From: Camelus dromedarius
Taxonomy: Eukaryota
Assembly: GCF_036321535.1 (NCBI RefSeq)
Contig: NC_087437.1
Coordinates: forward strand, 5,022,001 to 5,086,000
Direction: 5' to 3'
Length of the DNA stretch: 64,000 nt
Position numbers and translations under genes: made by a program. The notes below the pieces were generated by a model that saw only the letters and a list, made by a program, of their open reading frames with translations, did no database searches and was not told the DNA's origin. Shown piece by piece: positions 24,831 to 38,879 of the stretch (positions are counted from its first letter, which is position 1; each line of letters begins with the position of its first letter).

Positions 24831-24929
24831 TGTGCTCACTGATCTTAAAGACATTAAGGGAACAAAATCCTACTTCTAGTTTCCATTAGAGAAAAAGTAC
24901 TGCTTCCTACTCGGCCTAACATTACAGCT

Positions 24930-25360
24930 GTGAAATGTAAACATTTCAGTAGCGACGGTAAGAAAAATAAAAAGAAGCAGGGAAAATCAATTTTCATAAC
25001 ATATTTCATTTAATTCAATCTAGCCAGTGTCTTCATTTCAGTATGTAATCAGTATAAAGAATTGTGAGATATTTTTAAATTCCCTTTCTTTTTTTTCCTG
25101 CTAAGTTTTCCTGAATCTGACTGATTTTAGGTCACACTCAGTACATCTGAATCGGGACTGGCTCCATTTCAAGTGTTATAGTCACAAATAGTCTGGGCAG
25201 TATGACTCTAGAATGGAAACTTCATTTCTTTATTTTCATGAGAAAAGTGAGGTTCTGAGCAGATAAGTAGCTTTCCTGAGGTCACAGGGCTGGTAAGTGA
25301 CTGAGCCAGGATTGAACCCAGTTTGGTTGGACACCAAAGGCTTTACTCTTTCTACTGCAC
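24930..25360. mobile_element. Charlie-type MITE (MER3/MER33-like) followed by a MIR
   Basis: taacatatttcatttaattcaa...catttcaagtgtt; then catgagaaaagtgaggttctgag...aggtcacag...gagccaggattgaacccag. Confidence 0.65.
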
Positions 25361-26639
25361 CACAGTGGCTGCATCCTAGGGGGCACTCTTTGAGGACTGG
25401 GAGGAAGAACTTGAATCCCACCCCGGCCTTGGAGATGCAGACTCGATCTCTGATTTCCAAAGCCTTCCATGATCTAGCCTCTGGACATTCTTCAGAGCAA
25501 GAGCATGTCAATAATTTCTCTCTAATATTCCCACACAGCGTGCTGAACACCTCTTTCTTGGCGGACGTCAGAGGGAGGATCAAGACTGCTCAAAAGAAGG
25601 TCTAATGTTGCTCGGGACACTGGATGATGGCCTCTGAGGAACCCCTTCCTCTGAAAGGGAAGGCAGGCAGCTGGCTGACCACGTGACTGCCACGGGCACG
25701 GGGCAGCCTGGTACATCAGAGGCCCTCAATAGATGTTTTGTTGGAAGAAAGACTCAACTGTACTTCTAAATCAAGTTGAGCCCCAAGCAAGAAGGGCGTG
25801 ACAGACTGCCCCCCGCCCCCCGCTCCCACCAAACTGATAAATGTTGTATATTGAAAGCAAATTCTGACTGTAACACTTGAGGCAGAATAAAAATACATAT
25901 TTATGACTGATCATTAAAAACTTCTCAGTCTCTATTTTCCAACATTTTATCTGTTTTTCTATGTGAAGAGGGTATATTTTCTGACTCCTTTAAGTTCCTC
26001 TGGTGGAAAAAAAAAAAGCAATTAAATACCACTTGACTTCTGATCCATCCTTTCCAAGATTTCACCTACTTTTCTGTTTGAAGAAAGTACATTTTTCAGC
26101 TCCTATTGTTTTCCTCTGATGAAAAACTGGGGCAGTTTTGGTTCTTGAGTAATTTTTTTTTCCATGTAATTAAGCTGATGAGTATCCCATACGGAGTGGA
26201 AACAATTGGTTCCACGTATGCTGGTGTACCGGGCCCGGCGGAGGTGGAACTGTTTACATGTTTCTCATTTCCTTGTTGGAATTTTTAGACTTTGTGAGAT
26301 AAAGATCTGGCAGACTTTTGAACTCTGTGAACATTACAGCCTTTGGTGACCACACTTGGCTGTATCCTGTTCAGATCACCGGGATTAAAGACATATTCTA
26401 CAGTTCTGTACAGAGCAAACTTTGCAGATGCCTACAGGGCATCCATTTCCTCTTGCCTGGTGCCGGCAGTGCCTTGCTTTCTGCCCAGGGACACTGCTGC
26501 CCCCATGCAGGTCTGGGGTTTAGGGAGGCTGACTCCACCTCCAGGTGCAGTGTGGGCTTGATGGGTCTATGAGTAATCCTGCCCCCTTGCCACAGAGATG
26601 AGTTTAAGAGTCTGGATCTTAGATTATCAGCAAGCAGCA

Positions 26640-27035
26640 TTCCTCAGGCCAGGGGAATTAGTTTAGAAGCGGGCATGTGACAAAATTCTGGCCAATGAGA
26701 CGAAATGGAAGGTTTGGTAGGAGTTTCTGGTTAGGAGGGTTTCTGATTTTAAGAGTAGGGTTGCTGGACAAGATGATCCCTCCTCTTATGGACTTTATTA
26801 CAGCCAGACTGCAAGGCCAGGAAATGCTATGATCACCTTGTGGTCAGCCTGAGTAAGCTGCCAGCCCACAAAAGGGGAGACAGGGCAGCAAATCATAGAG
26901 AGGCTGATGGAACCACACCTGATGGCTACTCAACATCTGGACTTTTCCAGTTATGTGAACCAATAAATCACCCTTAGGGTATAAGACAGTTGAAGTGGAA
27001 TTTTCTTTTACTTGCAGCCAAAAGCATCCTACCAG
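26640..27035 (+). mobile_element. MaLR LTR (MLT1H/I/J-like)
   Basis: gggcatgtgacaaaattctggccaatgagac...ttttctttacttgcagccaaaagcatcct. Confidence 0.75.
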
Positions 27036-29814
27036 TGTCGACAATTTTACCAAAGAAATGTGAATTGAAAAATGGGAACTCAGTCTTGTGAAAGATCAAC
27101 ATAAACATGAGCACATCTAGAAAATAAAATACAGGCTGGGACATAGCACAGAACTCCCCTCTTCCATCTTCCAAATGAAGAAATAAATTCAGAGTTCTGA
27201 TGAAGCTTCTAAGCGGTAAAGCCAGAACAAGCAGCAAAACCCTAGATATCAACAAAAAGCTATACTTGGACCAATGCCTTCACAGAAGCCTGTGGGCAAC
27301 TTGGTACCAGACCCCCCTTCACCTAATGCTAACAGCTAAGCCCAAGGCCTCCTACTCTTCTGCTGTAGTTCTTATAAAACACTTGAATAGAAAATAGTTC
27401 TGCATGCCTTCTGGTTTCCTACACAACATTCTGTCTTGATACCTTGCCATTTTTCTTTAAGTGATTTGCCATTTCTTTATGAGCAAATGGTTAAGAAGAT
27501 CAGTCCTCCACTTCCCTAGACAGAAGCATGGTGCCCTGATTCAAACCATGCAGTCGTATTCCTTCTGAACATCACTGTCTATCCCCAAGCAATTTGTCAA
27601 GATATTTTCCTAAATATAGAGAGTTCTCCTGCCAAGAATTCTGGTGACAGTTGTCAGGCAATAAAATTGCAATCTCCCAACTATGAATGAAGAATGAATG
27701 AATGGTCTCTCCACTGATGGATGTCATCACATTGTAAAGATTCACTGGCACTCTTTTGAAGAATCTGCTGCAGCCTTGTATTATACTGCTACCACCATTA
27801 CCTTTTAAAAGGACTCTGAACTTTCTGAAGTTTAATGTTAGAATGGAATCTTTTAAAAATTTTTCTCAATGTTGAACGATGGGTATAATATCATTATTTA
27901 CCATGTAAGTATCATTGTGGAACATTACAAAGGGCTGGTAACATGGCCAGTGCCAAGTGACACTTGCCTAACTATTTAACCCTAGTTTCTTTTTAAAAAT
28001 TGATTAATAATTCCACATGCATGGAGGATTTCAGAGGAGAACACACTCATTGAAGCCCAGGGTATTTAAGGAGATTTCAGCAGTGAGCCACAAGTTGGCC
28101 AGGTAGGAGTCAGAGAGGAGAGAGAAAGGGGAAAGGTATGACTGTCTGAGGGGATGGTGTGGACGTGTGTGTGGTGATGGTAATGCATAAAGCAGCCTTC
28201 GGAGAAAAATGACTCAGCCAGTCGGGCCAGAGCAGAAAATAATGGGGGATCCTTTTTAAAAGGTAATGTTTAGAAAAATTTTAAAACTCAAACTAAGAAT
28301 TCTGTATTGTCTTCCTGTGGGACTATGGGAGCCTCATCCCAGGCAAGGGAGAGGTGAGAACTGTAGGCCTTAAGAAGGTGAGTTTGGTGGCAGAGCACAT
28401 GGCCCTGGAGGCCGGGGCCCATTTCAGATGAAATGAAGCGGTCCGTGTGCATTAGGGACAGTGTGACTGAAGGGATGGTAAAAAGAGTGGAAATGGTGAG
28501 CTGGTGGGAGACGTTAGGAAGACAAAGATTTGACCGCTCTGGGGACCAACTCGGTAAAGAAATCCAGATCAAGGGCGTCCAGAATGATTCTGAGGTTCAC
28601 AGCCTCCATGATGGGTAGACAGATGGATGAAACTACCACTGGAAAAGTCAAGAAATGCAGAGAAAGGAGTCATCTATTAGATGAGAAAAGGGATTTTCTG
28701 ATTACTGGATTAAGATGGAGGAACAGAAGGGGTGGGAGCGCATCTCCTTTCATGAACACAACAAAGTCACAACTAACGGCTCAACACCATTGACAAAAAA
28801 GACTGAACCTACAGGAAAAGATCTTCTACATCTAAAGGCATACAGTAGGAACCACAATGAGATGGCAGGAGGGGCACACTCACGATATAATCAAATCCTA
28901 TACCCCTGGGTGGGTGACCCACAAACTGAAGAATAATTATATTGCAGGGGTTCCCCCACAGGAGTGAGAGTTCTAAGGCCCACGTCAGGCTCCCCAGCAG
29001 AGGGGTACATCATCAGGAAGAGAAGCCCCCAGAGTATTTGGCTTTAAAGGCCAGTGGGGCTTAAGTGCAGGGGCTCCACAGGACTGGCAGAAAGAGATGT
29101 CACTCTTAAAGGATGCACACAAAATCACACACTCACAGGGACCAAGGGCAAAAGCAGTAACTTCACAGGAACCTGGGCCAGACCTACCTGCTGGTCTTAA
29201 GGGTCTCCTGGGGATGCTGGGGGCGGGTGCAGCTAACCCTGAGCACATAGACATGTTGGTGCACATATCGGGGAGTATTCATCTGCGTGAACTCTCCTGA
29301 GTCTGACATCTTGCTTCAGTCATTAGCACCAAGACCCTGCCCCACCCAACAGCCTGGAGGCTCCAGTGCCAGGACACCTCAGGCCAAACAACTAACTGGG
29401 TGGGAACACAGCCTCACTCATCAGCAGACAGGCTGCCTAAAGGCTCATGAGCCCACAGCTGCCTCTAGACACGCCCCTAGACGGGACCCTACCCAGCAGA
29501 GGGGCAGGACCAGCCCTTCCCACCATAGGGTAGGCATTGGCCCTCCTGCCAGGAAACCTGCATAAGCCTCTAGTCCAGCCTCACCCACCAGGGTACAGAC
29601 ACCGGAAGCAAGAAAACTATGATCTGCAGCCTATGGAACAAGTCCACAAATGCAAGACAGATCCAACCCTGGGACCAGCTAGCCCTTGGGTGATGAGAGT
29701 GGGGTGCACTGCTGGGATGTACAGGACGTCCCCTACAGAGGGCCATTTCTCCAAGGTTGAGAAATGTGACTAACCCACCACATACATAAAAATACAAATA
29801 GAAATTTAGACAAG

Positions 29815-30680
29815 ATGAGGTGGCAGAGGAATACGTTCCAGACAAAGGGACAAGATAAAATTGCAGAAAAAGAACTAAGTGATGTGGGGATGGCAATCTA
29901 CCCAAGATGGAGTTTAGAGTAATGATCGTAAAGGTGATTAGAGAACTTGGGAGAAGAATGATGCACAGAGTGAGAAGCTAGCAGTCTTTAACACGGAGCT
30001 AGAAAATACAAAGAACCACCAAACAGAACTGAAGAATACTATAACTGAAATTAAAAATACACAAGAAGAAACCAATAGTAGACTAAATGAGGCAGAAGAA
30101 TGGATCAGTGAGCTAGAAAACAGAGTCGTGGAAATTACTACCACAGAACAGAAAAAGGAAAAAAGAACGAAAAGAAAGAGGACAGTTTAAGAGATCTCTG
30201 GGGCAACATCAAGCACAATAATGTTGCATTATAAGGGTCCCAGAGGAGAAGAGGAAGAGAGAAAGGGCCTGAGAAAATATTTGAAGAGATAAAAGCTGAA
30301 AATCTCCCTAACTGGGGAAACAGTCACCCAAAGCCAGGGAGTGCAGAGTCCCATACAAGACTGACCCTAAGAGGAGCACACCTAGACATATTATAATTAA
30401 AATGACAAAAACCAAAGGTAAAGAGAGAATAGTAAAATTAACAAGAGAAAAGGAACAAATAACATAGAAGGGAACTCCCATAAGACTATCAGTGGATTTT
30501 TCAGAAGAAGCTCTGCAGGCCAGAAGGGAGCGGCAGGATATATTTACAGTGAGGAAATGGAAAAACCTACAACCAAGAATACTCTATCCAGCAAGGCTCT
30601 CATTCACATTTGACAGAGTAATCAAAAGCTTTACAAAGCTCCACCAAACCAGCTTTGCAACAAATGCTAAAGGAACTTCT
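29815..30680 (+). pseudogene. L1 ORF1p, disrupted
   Basis: ATG at 29815 (MRWQRNTFQTKGQDK); DFSEEALQARRERQDIF...NLQPRILYPARLSF in ORF 30492-30836; stops and frameshifts between. Confidence 0.9.
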
Positions 30681-31153
30681 CTAGGCAGGAAAGAAATGGC
30701 CACTAGAAACAAGAAAACTATGAAATGGAAAAGGCAAACATACAGTAAAGGTAGGAAATCATCCACACACAAACTAGGAGGAAGGTTAAAAGATAAAAAT
30801 GGTAAAAAATCATCTGTATCCACAATAAAAAGTTAAGGGATACACAAAACATTTAAAGATAAAATACAATATCAAAAGTAGTAATTGTTAGAGGAGGAGA
30901 GTACAAATGCAGAGTATTTAAAATGCATTTGAAATTAAGAGATCAGCAGTGTTAAGCAATCATGGATAATAGAGACTGCTATACTAAGAGCTCATGGTAA
31001 CTGCAAACCAAAAATCTATAATAGATATACACACAAAAAAGAAAAAGAAATCCAAACATAACACTAAGAGAGTCACCAAATCACAAGAGAAGAGAACAAA
31101 AGAAGAAAAGTGAAAAAAAGACATACAAAAACAAATCCAAAACAATTAACAAA

Positions 31154-34100
31154 ATGGCAATAAGAACGTACATATCAATAATAACCTGAAATGTAAGTGG
31201 ACTAAATGCTCCAACCAAAAGACACAGACTGGCTGAGTGGATACAAAAACTTGACCCATATATTTGCTGCTTATGAGAGACTCATTTCTGATTTAAAGAG
31301 ACATACAGACTGAAAGTGAGGGGATGGAAAAAGGTATTCCATGCAAATGGAAATCAAGAGAAAGCTACAGTAGCAATAGTTATCTTAGGTAAATAGACTT
31401 TAAAATAAAGACTGTTACAAGAGACAACAAAGGACACTACATAATGATGAAGGGATCAATCCAAGAAGAAGATATAACAGTTGTAAATATATATGCACCC
31501 AATATATATAAGGCAAAGGCAAATGTTAACACACATAAAGGGAGAAATTGGCACAGTAACACAATAATAGTGGGGGACTTAACACCCCACTTACATCAAT
31601 GACAGATCATCCAGACAGAAAATCAATAAGGAAACACAGGCCTTAAATGACACATAAGACCAGTTGGACTTAATTGATACTTATAGAGCATTCTATCCAA
31701 AAGCAGCAGGATACACATTCTTCTCAAGTGCACATGGAACATTCCCCAGAATTGACCACATGCTGGGCCACAAAGCAAGTCTTGGTACATTTAAGAAAAC
31801 TTAAATCACATCAAGCATCTTTTCAGACCACAACACTATAAGATTAGAAATTAACTGCAAGAAAAAACTGCAAAAAACATAAACACATGGAGGCTAAACA
31901 AACAATATGCTACTAAACAACCAGTGGATCACTGAAGAAATCAAAGAGGAAATTAAAAAATATATAGAGACAAATCAAAATGAAAACACAATGATCCAAA
32001 ACCTCTGGGATGCAGCAAAAGCAGTTCTAAGAGGGAAGTTTACAGTGATACAAGCTTACCTTAGGACACAAGAAAAATTTGAAGTAAACAACCTAATCTT
32101 ACACCAAAATCAACTAGAGAAAGAAGAACAAACAAAACCCAAAGTTAGTAGAAGGAAAGAAATCATAAATATCAGAGCAGAAATAAAGGAAATAGAGACT
32201 TAAAAAAATAGAAAAGATCAATGAAATTAAAAGCTGGTTCTTTGAAAAGATAAACAAAACTGATAAACCTTTAGCCAGACTCATCAACAAAAAAAAAAAA
32301 AAAAAAAAAAAGAAAAAAAAAAGGGAGAGGGCTCAAATCAATAAAACCAGAAATGGAAAAGGAGAAGTTACAACTGACACCACAGAAATACAAAGAGTCA
32401 TAAAAGGCTACTATGAGCAACTATACACCAATGAAATGGATAACCTAGAAGAAATGGACAAATTCTTAGAAAGGCACAATCCCCCAAGACTGAACCAGGA
32501 AGAAATAGAAAATGATGGAGAGACAAATTATCAGTACTAAAATTGAATCAATAATTTAAAAACTCCCAACAAACAATATCCTGGACCAAATGGCTTCACA
32601 GGTGAATCTACCAAACATTTAGAGAAGAGTTAACACCTGTCCTTCTGAAACTTTCCCAAAAAAATTGCAGAGGAAGGAACACTCCCAAACTCATTCTATA
32701 AGGCCACCATCATCCTGATACCAAAACCAGGCAAATATATCACAAAAAAGAAAATTACAGGCCAACATCATTTATGAATATAGATGCAAAAATCCTCAAC
32801 AAAATCCTAGCAAGCTGACTCTAACGCTGTATTAGAAGGATCATACACCATGATCAAATGGGATTTATCCCAGGGATGCAAGGATTTTTCAATATTCATA
32901 AATCAATATGATACACCACATTAATTGAAAGAATAAAAACCATATGATGATCTCAATAGATGTAGAGAAAGCTTTTGATAAAATTCAACAGTCATTTATG
33001 ATAAAAACTCTCAAGAAAGTGGGCAAAAAGGAACATACCTCAACATAATATAGGCCAAAGATGACAAATCACAGCTAACATCATACTCAATGGTGAAAAG
33101 CTGAAAGCGTTTTCTCTAAGATCAGGAACAAGGATGCCCACTCTAACCACATAGTTTGTGAAGTCCTAGCCATAGCAATCAGAAAAGAAAAGGAAATAAA
33201 AGGGATCCAAACTGGAAAAGAAGTGGTACAACTGTCATGGTTTACAGATGGCATGATACTATACAGAGAAAATCCTAAAGATTTTACCAGAAAACTACTA
33301 AAGCTCATCAATGATTCTGGTAAAGTGGCAGGATACAAAATTGATATACAGAAATCTGTTACATTTCTATACACTAATAATGAAATAGCAGAAAAAGAAA
33401 TTAAGGAAACAATCCCATTTACCATCGCACCAAATAGAATAAAATATCTAAGAATAAAGTTATCTAGGGAGGCAAACGAATTGTACTTGGAAAAGTATAA
33501 GGCACTGATGAAAGAAAGTGAGGACAACACAAACAGATATATCATATTCTTGGATTGTAAGAATCATTACTGTGAAAATGGCCATACTATCCAAGGCAAT
33601 ATACAGATTCAATGCAATCCCTATCAATTACCGATGGTTTTTCATAGAGCTGGAATGAAACATTTTAAAAATTTTGTATGGAAACATAAAAGACCCCAAA
33701 TAGTCAAAACAATCTTGAGAAAGAAGAACAGAGCTGGGGAATCACACTCCCTGACTTTAGAATATCCTACAAAGCTACAGTAATCAAAACAGTATGGTAC
33801 TGGCACAAAAACAGACACATAGATCAACACAACAGGATAGAAAGTCCAGAACTAAACCCATGCACTTATGGTCAGTTAATCCATAACAAAGGAGGTAAGA
33901 CTATGCAATGGTGGAAAGACAGTCTCTTTAATAAGTGGTGCTGGGAAAACCGAACAGCTACTTGTAAAAGAATGAAATTAGAACATTCTCTAACACCATA
34001 TACAAAACTCAAAATGGATTAAAGACCTAACTGTAAGATCAGATACTATAAAACTCCTACAAGAAGACATAGGAAGAACACTCTTTGACATAAATTGCAG

Positions 34101-34870
34101 CAATATGTTTTTAAATCTGTCTCTCAGAGTATGGAAATGAAAGCAAAATTAAGCAAATGGGACCTAATTAAACTTGAAAGCTTCTGTGCTGCAAAGGAAA
34201 CCATAGACAAAATGAAAAGACAACGTATGGAACGGGAGAAAATATTTGCAAGCAATGAGACCAACGAGGGATTAATTTTCAAAATATACAAGCAGCTCAC
34301 ATACCTCAATATCAAAACAACAAACAATCCAATCAAAAAATGGGTAGAAGACCTAAATAGACATTTCTCCAAAGAAGACATAAAGATGGTCAACAGGCAC
34401 ATGAAAAGATGCTCAATATTGCTAATTATCAGAGAAACTACAACGAGGTATCACCTCACACCAGTTAGAATGGCCACCATTAAAGTCTACAAATGATAAA
34501 TGCTGGAAACGGTGTGGAGAAAAAGGTACACTGTTGGTGGGAATGTAGTTTGGTGCAGCCATTAGGGAATACAGTATGGAGATTCCCTAAAAACTAAAAG
34601 TAGAGTTACCATATGATCCACCCAGTACTAGGCATCTATCCAGAAAAAACTCTAACTCAAAAAGATATCTGGACCCCAGTGTTCATAGCAGCACTATTTA
34701 CAATAGTCAATACATGGAAGCCACCTAAATGTTCATTGGCAGATGACTGGATAAAGAAGATGTGGTGTATTTATACAATGGAATACTACTCAGCCATAAA
34801 AAAGAATGAAATGATGCCATTTGCATTATTCATATACATGGATGGACCTGGAGATTATCATACTAAGTGA
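31154..34870 (+). pseudogene. L1 ORF2p (endonuclease/reverse transcriptase), disrupted
   Basis: ATG at 31154 opens an APE endonuclease-type N-terminus; fragments LLNNQWITEEIKEEIKK..QNLWDAAKAVLRGKF, FTDGMILY (decayed FADD motif), [32 protein letters not shown]; many frameshifts and an expanded A-tract at 32289-32322. Confidence 0.95.
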
Positions 34871-35419
34871 AGTAAATCAGATAGAGAGAGACAAATATTA
34901 TATGATATCACTTATATGTGGAATTAAGAAAAAGGATACAAATGAACATATTTACAAACCAGAAATAGACTTACAGACATAGTAAACAAATTATGATTAC
35001 CAAAGAGGAAATTGGTGGGAGGGAGGGATAAATCAGGAGTTTGGGATTAACATATACACACTACTATCTATAAAATAGATAAACAACAGAAACCTACTGT
35101 ACAGCACAGGGAACTATATTCAACAGCTTATAATAACCTATAGTGCAAAAGAATCTGAAAAAGTATACATATGTATATGTATATTTATAGCTGATCACTT
35201 TGCTATACACCTGAAACTAACAACATTGTAAATCAATTATACTTCAACTTTTTAAAAAAGAAATTTTTTCCCTGACAGACTAAGTTTGAGGTGTCAGGAC
35301 AATGAGGCAGTGCTGCCCACCAGGCAGTTGGAAAGATGCAACTGAAGGTAAGAACTGTCAGGGCTGGAAATAAGGACCTGGGAGCTGTGGCCCCTATTCC
35401 TCCTTCCTTCTGAATAGAA

Positions 35420-35885
35420 TCCCACCTGTGTTTGGGTTGCCAGGGCCCCAGTGGAGAGTTGGGTTGCCAATAAACCATGATTGGCCTGAGTCCAAATGTG
35501 GTACCTTGCTTTCCTTTGATTGGTCCAGGGGTGAGCATGTGATCTGATTCTGGCCAATGAGATTCCAGGGCTCCTGGAACGGATTCTCTTCCTGACAAAA
35601 GAGACCTCCAGGCTTTGCTTTCAACTCCATCCTTCCTGCTTGTGACCTGTCAGGAGAGAAGGGAGTTGTTGGAGCAGCATCTTGAGGGCTGTGGCTGACA
35701 CACTGACAGTGACACAGGAGAAAGATGGTAAGAACTTTGGTCACTGGTGCCCTCGATGATCTGCTGAACATCTGGATTTGCCTATCTCCGGACTTCTTGT
35801 GATACAAAAGTTTATTAAATGTCTGTTATTTAAGTCACTATTCGTCGGAATTCTATTATTTTCACCTGAAGCTACCTCAACTGAA
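35420..35885 (+). mobile_element. MaLR LTR (MLT1K-like)
   Basis: aaccatgattggcctgagtccaa...gcatgtgatctgattctggccaatgaga...tttaagtcactatt. Confidence 0.65.
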
Positions 35886-38879
35886 ATGATGTAATGCCTG
35901 TGAGAGTGGATTGACTTCTGAGGAGACAGTATGAAAAAGACAAATCCTGGGGAGAGATACCCATGTTTCAGAGGTGGAAGCTTTTCATTAATTAAACTTT
36001 ACAGTTTCCTATAAAAAAAAAAAGCTACGTAAAAAACTTGTTTTAATCATGAAAAATACCCTCCCCCACACACCTACAACCTCCCTCTTGCAAACCATAC
36101 TTTCCATCGAGCATATGCTTCAAAAGAAAGGTCAGAAAGGAGACGGGTTTCAGTGAGGAGCTTGAGGGAGGTGATGGTCCCTCTAACATGATTTGCTTCC
36201 TTTTGCTGAAACAGAGTCCCTGGGAGTGAGATTGTTTGCTCGGCAAGGTGGCTCATCCCTCTTTCTCCCTGGATGAATCTGAGAGTGGGAGGCCTCAGTC
36301 CTGGGATGGGTGGAGGAGCTCTGTTTACTCCCAGGGAGAGTGGCCAGCCACCTGAGAGGCCACAGGCTGGAGCGAGGGCTGACTCTCCGGGTAGCGAGAA
36401 AATGACCTGGCTCTTTGACTGGGGTGAGCAGTGTCCAATTCCGCCTGGGGGAGGAGGGGAGGTTATGACAGAGAAAGCTGTATCTATTCCACTAAGCAAT
36501 TAAGGCCATTATTTTTCTTGAAAAAGCATTCTCTTAAGCCATCGAGGATAATTTAGCCCCATCTTGGCAGAACGGACTAATGGCTACTAATGGAGACATT
36601 CTTTCAATAAATGAAGAGGCACGAGAAAATTGCCAGACATTAAACACAGCCCCACGTGCCTTATCTGGGTCTATAATGGCCCTATCAAATGACCCAAGTG
36701 AAGGAAATGTGATCCTTCAGGGGTTAACGGAGTCTACTTCTTCAGTGCTATATAAATTCACTATTGGGAAAACAGCAATTCATTGGTCCATCCTAGGAAA
36801 TGTTAAAAAGTGGGGCCGTATCTCAAGTTAAAGGATGCATTTCCTTTCGGTAGACAGAAAATATGAAATAGAACCTCTGTGCACTGAGGATTTGTATAAA
36901 TAGCCTTCTGAGCAGCAGAGCCCAAAGTTCTGTTTGGGTCTCTGCTCCTTGGAATTTTCAGCCAAGAAGTCAAAGAGTCTGTGTAATATGTTGTTAATCT
37001 TGTTGTTTTTTTTTTTTCCCCAGTACCATGCAGGGTGTTTTTTGTTGGTTGGTTGGTTTGGTAATTTTAAAGTCTATTCTTGGAAATGTTTCTTGGGATT
37101 CAAGTAATTCCTAGTACTCAATCTTGGGGGACACATCTTAAAATTTATACAGAATTCCAACAAATCAATAAGAAGAAGACAACCCCAAAGAAAAATGGGC
37201 AAAAGAAACATACTTAAGAAGAAATGGCCAACAATCATATAAAAAGATGAACAAGCTGTATTGTCATCTTCCGCAACTTGCTGTTTTCAATACAATGTCT
37301 ACGGCTCTAAGTTCCATCCTTCCACGGTACTGTGTGTGGCAATGCTCATTTTCACGGCTGGAATAATATTTCACTTGGTGAGTATTCCACAACGCCATTC
37401 TCCCTACAATACATATAGCTTGAATTTCTATTTATAAAGCTCAAGAAGATAAAAGAGATTACAAAAAAATACACATCTGATGGCACTACTGAAAACCAAG
37501 TCATGATAAAAACAAGGTCTTCCCTTGGAAGAGGGGGAGGTTGACATTGGGGATAAAACAGGAGACATCAGTTTCCTATGGCTGCATAACCCACCACTGT
37601 GAAACTTAGCAGCGGCGAGCAAACCGATTATTGCTCATGAGCCTCTGGGTCAGGACTTTGGGCAGGGGTGGGTCAGCAGGGCTGGCTTGTTTCTGTTCCA
37701 CTAGAACCAGCAGCTCTCTCATGGTGCTGCATTCGCTGGGCTGGGATGCAGGGTCAAGATGGCCCCACTCTCAAGGCTGGGTGCCTCAGGCCCTTTGCAA
37801 GTGACTCCTGTCTCCATGCGGTGTGTCATCCTTCAGGCCCTCTTTTTCCACGTGGCCTCCAGCAGGATGGCCTGGGGCCTCTGACAAGGAGAAAGCACCC
37901 ACGTAATACTTGAATCATTAAAACTTGATGGCAAATAAAATCTATTGCCTAATGAATGCAATGCTCTGTGATTAAATACTTTTGGGAAATACTGCACGCA
38001 GCATCTCTTCCTAGAGATTCACTGTGCAAAAAATATGCTTGCTAAAAGTTCTGAGAGGTCCTGCAAGGAGTCAAAAGGAACATCCTTTTTGGTGAAAGGA
38101 GCTGGTGAGAAAGGCAGAGGACACACTGTCCCCCCACCATCTGCTCTTTTCTCTAGGACTCCTGGAGGGAGGGCTGGCTTAGAGGAAGCTGGAAGGCTTG
38201 GGCCCACCTTATGAGAAACTCCTCACCCCATCCCCAGCTCTGCTCTGCCTGCCCCTATCAAAGTACAGCATGACTGCAGGTGGCTGTTTCTGACCCCCAG
38301 GCCTCCTGCACACACGTAAGGCCTGCAGGAGGTGGGTCACTGCAGAAGTCAACAGTGCGTCTCCTGGAATCAGGTCACCTATGTCTCTGCCCTCCCCGCT
38401 GCCCTGCCCTGGTCTTGAACTAGCTCACTTTCCTGACTCCTGCTTCTCGTTTGCTTTCACCCCGTGACCTGCTTTGATTAATTATTCCAGCCGATCTGGA
38501 TTCGTGTGCCTGTAGTTTGGCCCTGATGCCTGGTGTCCGTAAGCTCCTTGGACTTTCTTTTCTTTCTTTCCTTCTATTTAATTTGAAAGTTAATCCATGC
38601 CGGTTTTCACAAATTCAAATAATACCCAAATGTGATAGCCTCGCCTTGTCTGTTCCAGTCCCACAGTCTACTGTCAATAGCTGTTCCCTTCCGGGTGATC
38701 CCGTGTTTATATAAACACACACACGTATGCATATATTTAAACAAAAAGGGTATCAGTATGTGCATATAGTGTGGTAACCTCCCTTCCATCTAATGTGGTA
38801 TCATGTACCTCTTTCCAAGTTGGTACATACTGACTGAGGCAACTCTTCTTTTTTGTTTGTTTTGTTTTGTTTTTTAAGA

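Larger units (their letters stand above)
28707..35259 (+). mobile_element. Near-full-length, decayed LINE-1 (5' UTR, ORF1, ORF2, 3' UTR), inserted in an L2 remnant
   Basis: 5' UTR starts gattaagatgg; ORF1 and ORF2 peptides appear in the ORF track; 3' UTR ends caacattgtaaatcaattatacttcaa plus A-tract; L2-like sequence on both sides. Confidence 0.97.

Noticed and set aside
25539..25599. Possible internal exon after ...ctaatattcccacacag
   Set aside because: Acceptor is plausible but the donor (gtctaa) is weak and neither open frame matches a protein I recognise.
31907..34870. L1 ORF2 fragments as an active reverse transcriptase gene
   Set aside because: Numerous stops and frameshifts; the catalytic FADD motif has decayed to FTDG.
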